Origin: Eubacteriales bacterium
Lineage (GTDB): Bacteria; Bacillota; Clostridia; Oscillospirales; CAG-272
Length of the DNA stretch: 64,000 nt
Direction of reading: 5' to 3'
Assembly: GCA_045653505.1 (NCBI GenBank)
Contig: JAZOLZ010000030.1
Span: forward strand, 21,805-85,804
In this document: positions 1-8,688 of the stretch, piece by piece
Layout of the letters: every line of letters starts with the position of its first letter
Numbering within the stretch: the first letter of the stretch is position 1
Notes under the pieces: model-generated
Told to the model about the DNA's origin: nothing
Seen by the model: the letters and a program-made list of their open reading frames with translations, nothing else
Database searches by the model: none
Translations under genes and position numbers: made by a program

Positions 1-986
1 TCCTCAGGATTTTTATCCTCTTTGATATAACCCTCGTCAACAAAGAGAACTCTGTCGGATACCTCTCTTGCAAAGCCCATCTCGTGAGTTACGATAACCA
101 TGGTCATACCCTCGTTTGCAAGCTGCTTCATAAGATCAAGCACCTCACCTATCATCTCAGGGTCAAGGGCACTTGTGGGTTCGTCAAAGAGCATTACATC
201 CGGGTTCATCGCAAGGGCCCTTACAATAGCAATTCTCTGCTTTTGTCCGCCTGAGAGAGTTGAGGGATAAACGTCAGCCTTTTCTTCAAGTCCTATCCTC
301 TTTAAAAGCTCCATAGCCTTTTTCTCTGCAGCGGCCTTAATGTCCTGTGCAGTCTCACTTATCTCGATAAGAGGTGCCTTTTCCTTTTTAAAGAGGTTAG
401 TGATTTTTATAAATAGATTTTTGCGCTGTAAAGCCTTGATTTTGCCGATGCCAATCTTAACGGGCGCAAACATAATATTTTCCTTAACGCTCTTGTTATT
501 AAAGAGGTTAAACTGCTGGAATACCATACCCATCTTCTGACGTGCAAGGTTTATATTAAGGTGATTTTCATCATATATCTTTTTTACAGCCGCCTTGAAT
601 TCCTTACCCTCGCTACCGGGATGCTTTTCCTTTAAAAGGTCCTCGGCCTTTATCTTTTTAACAGCCTCAGCCTCATCCATACCGCCGGCAATGAGTGACT
701 TAAAGGTATTGGATACCTTTATTACTTCCTCGTGCAGGTAGGGGTCTACGGGAGTAAGAAGTTTGCCCTCCATCCATACCTCACCAAAGGTGGGGGTCTC
801 AAGAAGGTTCATGCAACGTAAAAGTGTTGATTTGCCCGAGCCTGATACGCCGATAATAGACACAACCTCGCCCGCTTTTATCTCGGTGGAGACACCCTTA
901 AGCACCTTAAGATCACCGAAGTTTTTGTATATGTTCTTTATCTGTACAAGGGACTGACCCTGCACGTTTTTTACATTATCATTCAT
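1..986 (-). CDS. Polar amino-acid ABC transporter ATP-binding subunit (C-terminal ~15-20 aa lie beyond the window start)
   Basis: Own minus-strand translation from ATG 986-984 ([31 protein letters not shown]...). Walker [11 protein letters not shown]-loop MVFQQFNLF, signature LSGGQKQR, Walker [14 protein letters not shown]-loop VTHEMGFA. Start overlaps the permease stop (ATGAATGA). Absent from the ORF track because the ORF is open at position 1. Confidence 0.9.
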   Translation of the reverse strand, partial: MNDNVKNVQGQSLVQIKNIYKNFGDLKVLKGVSTEIKAGEVVSIIGVSGSGKSTLLRCMNLLETPTFGEVWMEGKLLTPVDPYLHEEVIKVSNTFKSLIAGGMDEAEAVKKIKAEDLLKEKHPGSEGKEFKAAVKKIYDENHLNINLARQKMGMVFQQFNLFNNKSVKENIMFAPVKIGIGKIKALQRKNLFIKITNLFKKEKAPLIEISETAQDIKAAAEKKAMELLKRIGLEEKADVYPSTLSGGQKQRIAIVRALAMNPDVMLFDEPTSALDPEMIGEVLDLMKQLANEGMTMVIVTHEMGFAREVSDRVLFVDEGYIKEDKNPE

Positions 987-1725
987 GCTTCATCCTCCTT
1001 TCAAAGACCTTTAAGCACTTGGAAAGTCCAAAGTTAAGTACAAAGTAAATTGCCGCAACAACAAGGAGCGTGGGGAATGCGTTGAAGGTCTGACCTACTA
1101 TCTCCTTATACTGTGACATAAGGTCACCGACAAAGAAGGTGGACGCAAGCGATGTCTCTTTAATAACGGTGATAAACTCGTTACCAAGCGCGGGAAGAAT
1201 GTTTTTAACAGCCTGAGGGAGCACGATATCTGTCATGGTGGTAGCAGAGCCGATACCAAGGCTGCGCGATGCCTCTGTCTGTCCCTTATCTACCGCCTCA
1301 ATACCCGAGCGTATTATCTCGGACACGTATGCGCCGCTGTTAAGCACGAGCGCAACCGCCACACATATAAACGCCATGACCTGAGGATCCATGATGTTAA
1401 GCTGAGGGAAGATATTGGGCAGGAAGAGATATCCGACGTAAAGTTGAACGAGAGCGGGAGTGCCTCTTACAACCTCAACGTACACACTGATAATACCACG
1501 CAGTATCTTAAACTTTGACATTCTGCCAATTGCAACAAACGTACCTAAAATAGTACCGCCAATAACTGTAACGACGGCAAGAAGTATGGTCATACCTAAG
1601 CCGTACAAAAGAATTCTGTGCCAATACTTGACTACTACCTCAAGCATTGAAGAAAGTATACTAAATAAATCCAATTTATTTTCTCCTATAAACACGGAAT
1701 ATGCCGAGGCAGTGTAAACTGCCAC
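979..1725 (-). CDS. Polar amino-acid ABC transporter permease
   Basis: 248 aa, multiple hydrophobic TM segments, EAA-type loop [26 protein letters not shown] start 7 nt after AGGAAG. Located between the binding-protein and ATPase genes. Confidence 0.88.
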   Translation of the reverse strand: MAVYTASAYSVFIGENKLDLFSILSSMLEVVVKYWHRILLYGLGMTILLAVVTVIGGTILGTFVAIGRMSKFKILRGIISVYVEVVRGTPALVQLYVGYLFLPNIFPQLNIMDPQVMAFICVAVALVLNSGAYVSEIIRSGIEAVDKGQTEASRSLGIGSATTMTDIVLPQAVKNILPALGNEFITVIKETSLASTFFVGDLMSQYKEIVGQTFNAFPTLLVVAAIYFVLNFGLSKCLKVFERRMKHE

Positions 1726-1746
1726 GGCAAATCTTCCTAATTATTA

Positions 1747-2691
1747 TTATGCTAAGGGGTTACCGTTTTCATCAAAGCCGGACTCATCCTTAGTGGATAC
1801 GCCTGCGTAAACCTCGCATGCCGCATACCAAGAATCGTATACGTCAGCAGCCATAGCCTTTGCAAGAACGGTGTTAACCTTTGCAAGAAGTTCAGCATCA
1901 TTCTTGTTTACAAGAACAACGTTGTTCTTATACTTTTCTTCAACAAAGAAGTCGAAGCCTGAGTACTCGCCCTCTTCCTCAACAGCCTTAAGCTCGGGAG
2001 TGTTAGCAACAAGAGCCGCGCCGTTACCTCTTGCAACTGCAACTGCATCTACGCTACCGTTAATAAGCAATGTCTTAAGCATATTGATATCATCATTGAG
2101 AACAAGAGTTGCACCATTGGGAACAAGCTGCTCGTTAACAAGAAGCTGCTGGAGTGAACCGCCCTGTGCGCCTATCTTCTTACCTGTAAAGTCTGTAGCG
2201 TTATCCCAATCAAAACTATCGTCTGCCTTAGTGATAAGAATCTGCTCTGTCTCGTTATCGCCTGCAATGTAGTAATCGGAGATAAGGAAGTTTTCTGCTC
2301 TCTCTGCTGTCCAGGAGAAGCCGGAGATAGCAAGGTCAACACCGTCGTTTGCAAGAGTGGTCATACAAGCGTAGAAGTCCATGGGCTTGATTACAAGAGA
2401 CATATCAAGTTCTTTTGCAATGTAGTTAGCAAGAATTACGTCGAAGCCAACATACTGGTTTTGACCGGTGAGAGAGGTGTCAACGAACTCCATAGGAGCA
2501 AAGTCGGGAGAAAGGGCTACTGTAAGAGTACCGTTTTTACCGTTTGTGGGAGCCTTAACCTCTTTAATAATTGCGTTATAGTCCTCTGCAAGGGGGTCGG
2601 TTGAAAGACCGTCACCAAAGCAGGATGTAACTGCAAGCATCGAGCAGCAAAGAAGTGCTACTGTGAGAATCATTGAAAGAATTTTTTTCAT
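1747..2691 (-). CDS. Amino-acid ABC transporter substrate-binding lipoprotein (family 3 SBP-like)
   Basis: 314 aa. N-terminal signal peptide with lipobox (LAVTSC). First gene of the SBP-permease-ATPase operon. SBP_bac_3-like sequence (FAPMEF..., DLAISGFS). Confidence 0.82.
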   Translation of the reverse strand: MKKILSMILTVALLCCSMLAVTSCFGDGLSTDPLAEDYNAIIKEVKAPTNGKNGTLTVALSPDFAPMEFVDTSLTGQNQYVGFDVILANYIAKELDMSLVIKPMDFYACMTTLANDGVDLAISGFSWTAERAENFLISDYYIAGDNETEQILITKADDSFDWDNATDFTGKKIGAQGGSLQQLLVNEQLVPNGATLVLNDDINMLKTLLINGSVDAVAVARGNGAALVANTPELKAVEEEGEYSGFDFFVEEKYKNNVVLVNKNDAELLAKVNTVLAKAMAADVYDSWYAACEVYAGVSTKDESGFDENGNPLA

Positions 2692-2750
2692 TGTTTTTTC
2701 CTCTTTTCTTTTTGGGGTTTTTGTTGCCCCCGTGTTTTTGTGATGTCATA

Positions 2751-2779
2751 ATTATACACCCGGCAAATACAACTGTCAA
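2751..2779 (-). promoter_or_regulatory. Sigma-70 type promoter of the ABC transporter operon
   Basis: Minus strand reads TTGACA (2779-2774), a 17-nt spacer, then TATAAT (2756-2751), about 55 nt upstream of the SBP start codon. Confidence 0.65.
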
Positions 2780-3051
2780 GACAAAAATGCAAAAAATTCA
2801 TTTTTGTTGCATTTTTATGCACATAGAGATGAAAGAGTGCGCGCTTTTGTGCATTTTGCTCAAAAATCGAGCGTTTCTTAAGTATTTTAAAGTCTTTTTA
2901 TTTTATTTTGCGCGCCTGCTGGTGAAAATATTTTAGTCCAATTGACACTTTTACACACACTTTATGCAGAATATTGTGCATATTTATGCATTTTAAAACA
3001 TACTAAATATGCACTGTATGCATTTTTTAATCCTTATTCCTTTTTTCACTA

Positions 3052-3080
3052 TTGCTTTTTAACTTGCGTTATGATAAAAT
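3052..3080 (+). promoter_or_regulatory. Candidate promoter of the ABC-F gene
   Basis: TTGCTT (3052-3057), a 17-nt spacer, then TAAAAT (3075-3080) with a TG at -15/-14 (extended -10). About 50 nt upstream of ATG 3131. Confidence 0.5.
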
Positions 3081-3130
3081 ACTTGTGTCTTATGATTATT
3101 ATCTACTACTAATATGAAAGGAGAGTTTAT

Positions 3131-5050
3131 ATGATTGCATTATCGGTATCGGGTTTATCGTTATCCTTTGGCGCTGACGATATACTTAAGGACGTGTCCT
3201 TTGCGGTAAATGACGGTGAGCGAGTTGGCATTATCGGTGTTAACGGCGCAGGCAAAAGCTCTCTTTTTAAACTTATATGCGGTGAGTATGAGCCGACGGG
3301 GGGCGCGATATACATACAAAAAGGACATACTGTGGGTATGCTGTCGCAAAACCCCGACCTCACTGCCCTGCCCCCGTATCTTACAATGCTTGAATATATG
3401 TATACGGCATTTGATGAACTCATATCACTTGAAAACAAAATAAGCGCAGTTGAAAACGAGCTTGCGTGCGAGAGGGCACAGGAGCGCATATTGTCCCTCT
3501 CAAATACCCTTAATGAGTTAAACCGCGATTTTGCAAAGATGGGCGGACTTGAATATAAGGGCAGATGCAAATCAACGCTTTTACGCCTTGGCTTTAGCGA
3601 GAGCCAGATAAATCAGCGCATATCCACTCTCTCGGGCGGACAGTACACAAGGCTTGCTTTAGCAAGACTTTTGGCAAGCGAGCCCGATATACTTATGCTT
3701 GACGAGCCGACAAACCACCTGGATATCGATGCACTTGAGTGGCTTGAGGGCTTTATTGCAACTTATAAAAAGAGGGTACTTATCATCTCGCACGACAGAT
3801 ACTTCCTTGACCGTACGACAACAAAAACACTACATATACAATATACACGTGCGCGCCTTTATAACGGCAACTACTCCTCAACTAAGGAAATGCAGGAAAA
3901 AGAGGCAGCGGATATAGAGCACAGATATAAGGAGCAACAAAAAGAGATTGCCAAGATAAGGGCGAATATAGAGTTCCAGCGCAGGTGCAACCGGGAGCAT
4001 AACTTTGTTACGATACGCTCTAAAGAAAAGCAACTTGAAAGAATGGAAAAGATTGAACTTGCGCCTAAAGCCCCAAGGGATATAAGGATGCGCTTTGCCG
4101 AGGAGGATGAGTGCGCAGGCACCGTGCTTGAGGTAAAGGGTCTTGGATACTCGTATAACACAGAGCCTCTTATCAAAAATCTTACATTAAAGATAAAAAA
4201 GGGAGAGAGAGTACTCTTCCTCGGTAAAAACGGTAGCGGTAAATCCACGCTTATGCGTATATTTAATAAAGGAATATTACCGAATGAGGGTAAATTTGAG
4301 TTTGGGTACAACGTTACTATAGGTTATTACGACCAGGAGAACAGAAATCTGAACCTCAAAAACACGATTTTTGATGAACTGCGCGAGGAATACCCTAACA
4401 AAACCGATCTTGAGCTGCGTAGCGCTCTGGCGCTGTTCTTATTTGACAAGGATGATATACAGCGCACCATTTCTACCCTCTCGGGCGGCGAGCGCGCAAG
4501 AGTAACCTTAGCAAAGCTGATACTCAAAAAGGTTAACGTGCTTATCCTTGACGAGCCGACAAACCACCTTGATATAGGCTCCTGTGAAGCGCTTGAGAAT
4601 GCCCTTATGGCATTCAGCGGTACTATTATCGCAGTATCGCACGACAGGTATTTTATAAACAGAATAGCAGACAGAATTGTAGAGCTTGACGCTACCAAGG
4701 AAAAGGGCTGTACCGACTATCCGCTTGAGGACTATGACGACGCCTTTTATGAATATATGCGCATACGCGCGGCAAAGGCCGAGAGTGTGAGCGTAGCAGA
4801 AGAAAAAACTGCCAGCGAAAGCAAACAGGATTACGAAAAGCGCAAGGCTATGCAAAGGGACAAGCGCAATGAGGAAAAGCGCAAGGAAAGAGCCGAAAAG
4901 AAAATTGCAGAACTTGAAAGCGAAATAGAGGCGCTTGATAAGGAGCTCTTTACCACAGCTCAGTTTGACTATGTAAGGGCTGCAGAAATTGAAGAACGCA
5001 AAAGCGAGATAGAATCAGAACTTTTAGAGCTTTACGAGCTTGTTATGTAA
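3131..5050 (+). CDS. ABC-F family ATPase (Uup/YfmR-like, two fused ABC domains, no TM domain)
   Basis: 639 aa. Walker A GVNGAGKSS and GKNGSGKST, signatures LSGGQYTRLALA and LSGGERARVTLA, Walker B ILMLDEPTNHLD and VLILDEPTNHLD. Charged inter-domain linker and C-terminal coiled-coil tail. RBS AAAGGAG. Confidence 0.92.
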   Translation: MIALSVSGLSLSFGADDILKDVSFAVNDGERVGIIGVNGAGKSSLFKLICGEYEPTGGAIYIQKGHTVGMLSQNPDLTALPPYLTMLEYMYTAFDELISLENKISAVENELACERAQERILSLSNTLNELNRDFAKMGGLEYKGRCKSTLLRLGFSESQINQRISTLSGGQYTRLALARLLASEPDILMLDEPTNHLDIDALEWLEGFIATYKKRVLIISHDRYFLDRTTTKTLHIQYTRARLYNGNYSSTKEMQEKEAADIEHRYKEQQKEIAKIRANIEFQRRCNREHNFVTIRSKEKQLERMEKIELAPKAPRDIRMRFAEEDECAGTVLEVKGLGYSYNTEPLIKNLTLKIKKGERVLFLGKNGSGKSTLMRIFNKGILPNEGKFEFGYNVTIGYYDQENRNLNLKNTIFDELREEYPNKTDLELRSALALFLFDKDDIQRTISTLSGGERARVTLAKLILKKVNVLILDEPTNHLDIGSCEALENALMAFSGTIIAVSHDRYFINRIADRIVELDATKEKGCTDYPLEDYDDAFYEYMRIRAAKAESVSVAEEKTASESKQDYEKRKAMQRDKRNEEKRKERAEKKIAELESEIEALDKELFTTAQFDYVRAAEIEERKSEIESELLELYELVM

Positions 5051-5090
5051 ATAACAGTTTGCTTTTTTGCATTATTTTAAAAGATTAAAG

Positions 5091-5124
5091 GCGTTACGCC
5101 CAAATGGGTGTAACGCCTTTTTTA
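5091..5124 (+). terminator. Rho-independent terminator after the ABC-F gene
   Basis: 12-bp stem GGCGTTACGCCC/GGGTGTAACGCC (one G-U), loop AAAT, followed by TTTTTT. Confidence 0.85.
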
Positions 5125-5173
5125 TTTTGATTTTTTGTAAAAGTACTGTAAATCCTAAGTATATAACTGTCTA

Positions 5174-7030
5174 TTATTCTTCCTTAGGGACATAGTTGTA
5201 GTTAAGGATAGTGTGATTAATAGCGGAACTTACTCTTATCCTACTCCATTCTTCGCTTGTACCGGAGTAATACATATTAGTCAAGCTCTCGCAACTCTCA
5301 AACACTCTTTCACCAATTTCGGAAACCGTTTTTGGAATTACTATACTTTTCAAATAATAGCAGCCTGAAAATGCTGAATTCCCTATTACGGTAACACCCT
5401 CAGGTATTACTATACTCTTAATGCCTGATCTGTAAAAAGTTTGTTCTTTTATTTCCTTAATATTTTTGGAAAGATATACGCTATTAAGCCCCTCACAATC
5501 TGAGAAAGCATACGCGCCAAGAACTTCAACCGAATCAGGCAGTCTCACACTTGTGATATTCTTGCAACCATAAAACGCAGAATTCCCTATCTTTTTTAAT
5601 CCCATTGGTAAACTTATTTTTATGAGTTGATCAGAACCTGCAAATGCCTTTTTTTCAATCGCAACTAAATTCGATCCCTTTTCAAATATAACATCAGTCA
5701 TTTCATCACAAGCAGAAAACGCCTCCTCTCCTATAACCTCGACGCTAGAGGGGATTGTTATAGAAGTAATTCTCCCACAACCATAAAAAGCCCTATAGGG
5801 AATTTTTTTAATCAAACAATTATCGGGGAGCGTTACCGTTTTAAGATTACAACATAAAGCAAATGCGCCATCCCCTAATTCTACCATGCTATCAGGTATC
5901 AATACACTCTCAAGAACTGTACTCTCATAAAACGCTTCAGCATCAATTTTAACAGCACCCTTAGGTATTATCACATTTCTTATTCCGTCCACGCGGTTCA
6001 TTTTATAGTCGCAGCCATTTACATTAACAGGAAGTGTTACAGTATCCTCATCCCCCAAATATGATAGCATCCAATAATTGCCATCAACACCCTTTACAAA
6101 ACGAAATCCATCGGGGGTATCGAAATATTCAAAATTTTCAAAGCCGGTCTTATAGGTTTTATTGCCGTCTTTATCAACAATCAAGCGTGCATGCAAACTT
6201 AAGCCACCGTTATCATAATCATTATCGTAATTTATTTTTAGGCTTGATTTATTTTCTACGAGGTATAATTTGTCACATCCGTAAAAAGCAGTGCGTCCAA
6301 TAGTAGTTACGTTTTCCGGAATTGTTATTGACGTAAGAGCCCTACAACCTTGAAAAGCAGAAGCTCCTATGGTATTAAGACTATCGGGAAGAATAACCTT
6401 AGCAAGGCCGTACGCATCGCAAAAAGCGGCCCTGGAAATACTGAGAAGTCCCTCCGGCAGGTTTATTTGAGAAAACCCACAGCAGCCATAAAAAGCATAT
6501 TCACCAATACTTTGCAAACTACTCGGAAACGTTACCTTGCTAAGTTTTACACATTTTCTGAACGCATTGTCATAAATAGCAACGACAGAACTATCGGGCG
6601 CAAAGCTCAAACTGGTAATCTTATCGTTTCCCATAAAAGCATTAGAAATGATTGACCTTATAGGCAATCCCTTATACGTTGACGGAACTATTATATCCGT
6701 ATCCTTGCACTCTCCGATTCCTGCAAGGACGTAAAAGGCTCTGTCAGCAGAAATTTGATATTTCAATCCAAGTGAATAAGGATAATCGGGATCAAGGCTC
6801 CCACACTCACACTCGCCGTCTGAAAAGACATGACTGTGCGGTGGTACATAGTCAGAATCAAGTTCACCGCAAGAACACTCTCCATCAATATACGTGTGCT
6901 CATGTGGATCTTCTTTATCCTCATTATCAACAAATCGGTTAATCAAATCACAAGAAGTAAATGTAAAGCAAATGCTAACCGTTAGTATACAAAAAAAACA
7001 ATATTTTATTTTTTTCATAATTATTTCCAT
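5174..7030 (-). CDS. BspA-type leucine-rich repeat (LRR_5-like) surface lipoprotein
   Basis: 618 aa. Signal peptide with lipobox (FTFTSC). Many repeats of the type ITIPENVTTIGRTAFYGCDKL / VILPDSLNTIGASAFQGCRAL. N-terminal duplicated His/Cys motif (HEHTYIDGECSCGELD, HSHVFSDGECECGSLD). The true start may be the internal MKKIKY (7018). Confidence 0.85.
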   Translation of the reverse strand: MEIIMKKIKYCFFCILTVSICFTFTSCDLINRFVDNEDKEDPHEHTYIDGECSCGELDSDYVPPHSHVFSDGECECGSLDPDYPYSLGLKYQISADRAFYVLAGIGECKDTDIIVPSTYKGLPIRSIISNAFMGNDKITSLSFAPDSSVVAIYDNAFRKCVKLSKVTFPSSLQSIGEYAFYGCCGFSQINLPEGLLSISRAAFCDAYGLAKVILPDSLNTIGASAFQGCRALTSITIPENVTTIGRTAFYGCDKLYLVENKSSLKINYDNDYDNGGLSLHARLIVDKDGNKTYKTGFENFEYFDTPDGFRFVKGVDGNYWMLSYLGDEDTVTLPVNVNGCDYKMNRVDGIRNVIIPKGAVKIDAEAFYESTVLESVLIPDSMVELGDGAFALCCNLKTVTLPDNCLIKKIPYRAFYGCGRITSITIPSSVEVIGEEAFSACDEMTDVIFEKGSNLVAIEKKAFAGSDQLIKISLPMGLKKIGNSAFYGCKNITSVRLPDSVEVLGAYAFSDCEGLNSVYLSKNIKEIKEQTFYRSGIKSIVIPEGVTVIGNSAFSGCYYLKSIVIPKTVSEIGERVFESCESLTNMYYSGTSEEWSRIRVSSAINHTILNYNYVPKEE

Positions 7031-7036
7031 ATACTC

Positions 7037-8047
7037 CTATTTATTGCTTGGAATTTTTGTGTTATAAAGGACGGTTACGTTCTCGTCGATGTCCTCTACT
7101 CCATTCAGGCTTTTCCACTGCGCCTCGCTACCCCAGTAGTAAATGGTATCAAGCCACTCAAGGCCACCAAAATTGGCATAGCCAAGGTCTGTTACGGTAT
7201 CGGGGATTTCAACTATCTGCAGTTTGTTGCAATCATCAAACGCGCCAAAGCGAATTTCGGTAACGCCGTTTGGTATGCTTATTATACCAAGATTTGTGCA
7301 GAAGGCAAAGACACCCTCGCATATCTTTGTTATACCCTTTGGAAGAGTAATAACACTTAAAGACGTACAAGCATTAAAGGCGTTTGAGTCGATATAGGTA
7401 ACCGTATCCGGGATTTCTGCGTATTCAAGCACTGTAGCAAAAGAGAATGCGCATATTCCTATTTCCTCAAGGCCGTGTGGCAGAATAACCTCTTTTAGTT
7501 TTTTGGCATTTGAAAAGGCTCCCTCACCTATCCTTTTTGTTCCAAAGAGAACCTCGTATCTGTCGCCGTCTCTGTTTGCAGGATAACACAAAAGAATATT
7601 ACTCTTTGTATCATAAAGCACGCCACCGTCGGATTTGTATGCCTTATTGTTATCTTCTACCGTTATCTCTTTGAGTGAACGACAGTTGAAAAACGCATTC
7701 TCTTCAATTTTACTTACACTTGCAGGAATATAGACCCTTTCAAGACTGTCACAGCTTTCAAAGGCTAACAGTGATATAAATTCAATTCCCTCGGGGATAG
7801 TTACACTGACAAGTTGCTCGCAATCCATAAACAGTCTTTGTGCTATAACGGTAACCGGCTTACCGTTATAGGTCGTAGGTACGGTAGCCTCCTTTATGCT
7901 CTTATCCTTTACGTCGTATACCATATAACTCTCACCGTCTTCATTAAGACGGAACTTATAGTTACTTGTCTTATCCTCTAAAAGTTGACAGGAGGTAAGA
8001 GATAAAATTACGGATATTATTATAAGAATGGAAGTTAGCTTTTTCAT
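7037..8047 (-). CDS. BspA-type leucine-rich repeat lipoprotein
   Basis: ORF 7037..8134 trimmed to ATG 8047 (MKKLTSILIIISVILSLTSCQ, lipobox), which is preceded by GGGAGG. LRR units such as VTIPEGIEFISLLAFESCDSL and VILPHGLEEIGICAFSFATVL. Stop lies 6 nt before the next LRR gene. Confidence 0.85.
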   Translation of the reverse strand: MKKLTSILIIISVILSLTSCQLLEDKTSNYKFRLNEDGESYMVYDVKDKSIKEATVPTTYNGKPVTVIAQRLFMDCEQLVSVTIPEGIEFISLLAFESCDSLERVYIPASVSKIEENAFFNCRSLKEITVEDNNKAYKSDGGVLYDTKSNILLCYPANRDGDRYEVLFGTKRIGEGAFSNAKKLKEVILPHGLEEIGICAFSFATVLEYAEIPDTVTYIDSNAFNACTSLSVITLPKGITKICEGVFAFCTNLGIISIPNGVTEIRFGAFDDCNKLQIVEIPDTVTDLGYANFGGLEWLDTIYYWGSEAQWKSLNGVEDIDENVTVLYNTKIPSNK

Positions 8048-8358
8048 TTGTGCCTCCCTATTATCTTTTTGTAGGTTTATTATAGCACGCGCAGTGTCAG
8101 CTTTGCAACAAATAAAAACACTTTTTTCACCCATTTTAACCCTGTTCGTTTTTTAAAGAGTTAAAACGGGTGTTTTTTTGTGCAAAGTGCAATATTGACG
8201 GTAGAATTTTATAAAAAATCTTTGGATGGGGGCTATACTTACACATTTTTAAAAGAGTGTTAGAATGGTTTTACCGTAACGGCGGTGCTGTTTGGTGTGG
8301 GTGCTTTACCCTGCCGCTTTGCGCATCTGTTACGGAAAGACAGAAAGGAGGGGGGCAA

Positions 8359-8685
8359 GTGAAAAGGAAAAAGGCAAAATACCAAAGCGATCTTGCAAGA
8401 AAAATGTACACGTACTTTATAAGCTACGACGGCGTGGGCGCGCCCAGCTTTGCCAAATTTGCGAGAAGCGTTGGTATGACGCTTGAGGATCTTTTAAGTT
8501 TTCTTAACAGAAAGAGTTTTAAGGACTGCTATATCGAATGTAGTGAAATCCGCAGGGATTACCTGATTGACAATGCCTTGACTAAAAAATTTGATGGCAG
8601 TTTTGTAAAGTTCTTGCTTGATTATGAAACAAAGGATGATAAGAGCGAGGAAAATGCCCTTGACCTTACACTCACTGTCCTTTAG
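8359..8685 (+). CDS. Putative terminase small subunit
   Basis: ORF 8257..8685 trimmed to GTG 8359, which follows AAAGGAGGGGGG. A 108-aa basic/HTH-like protein (KRKKAKYQSDLARKMYTYF...FAKFARSVGMTLEDL) immediately upstream of terL. Confidence 0.6.
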   Translation: MKRKKAKYQSDLARKMYTYFISYDGVGAPSFAKFARSVGMTLEDLLSFLNRKSFKDCYIECSEIRRDYLIDNALTKKFDGSFVKFLLDYETKDDKSEENALDLTLTVL

Positions 8686-8688
8686 GCT

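Noticed and set aside
3092-3112. Mini-ORF MIIIYY just upstream of the ABC-F start, as a possible antibiotic-sensing leader peptide
   Set aside because: It has no RBS, and there is no alternative terminator/antiterminator structure in the ~50-nt leader. The ABC-F has the long C-terminal coiled-coil of housekeeping Uup/YfmR-type proteins rather than the features of ARE-type proteins.
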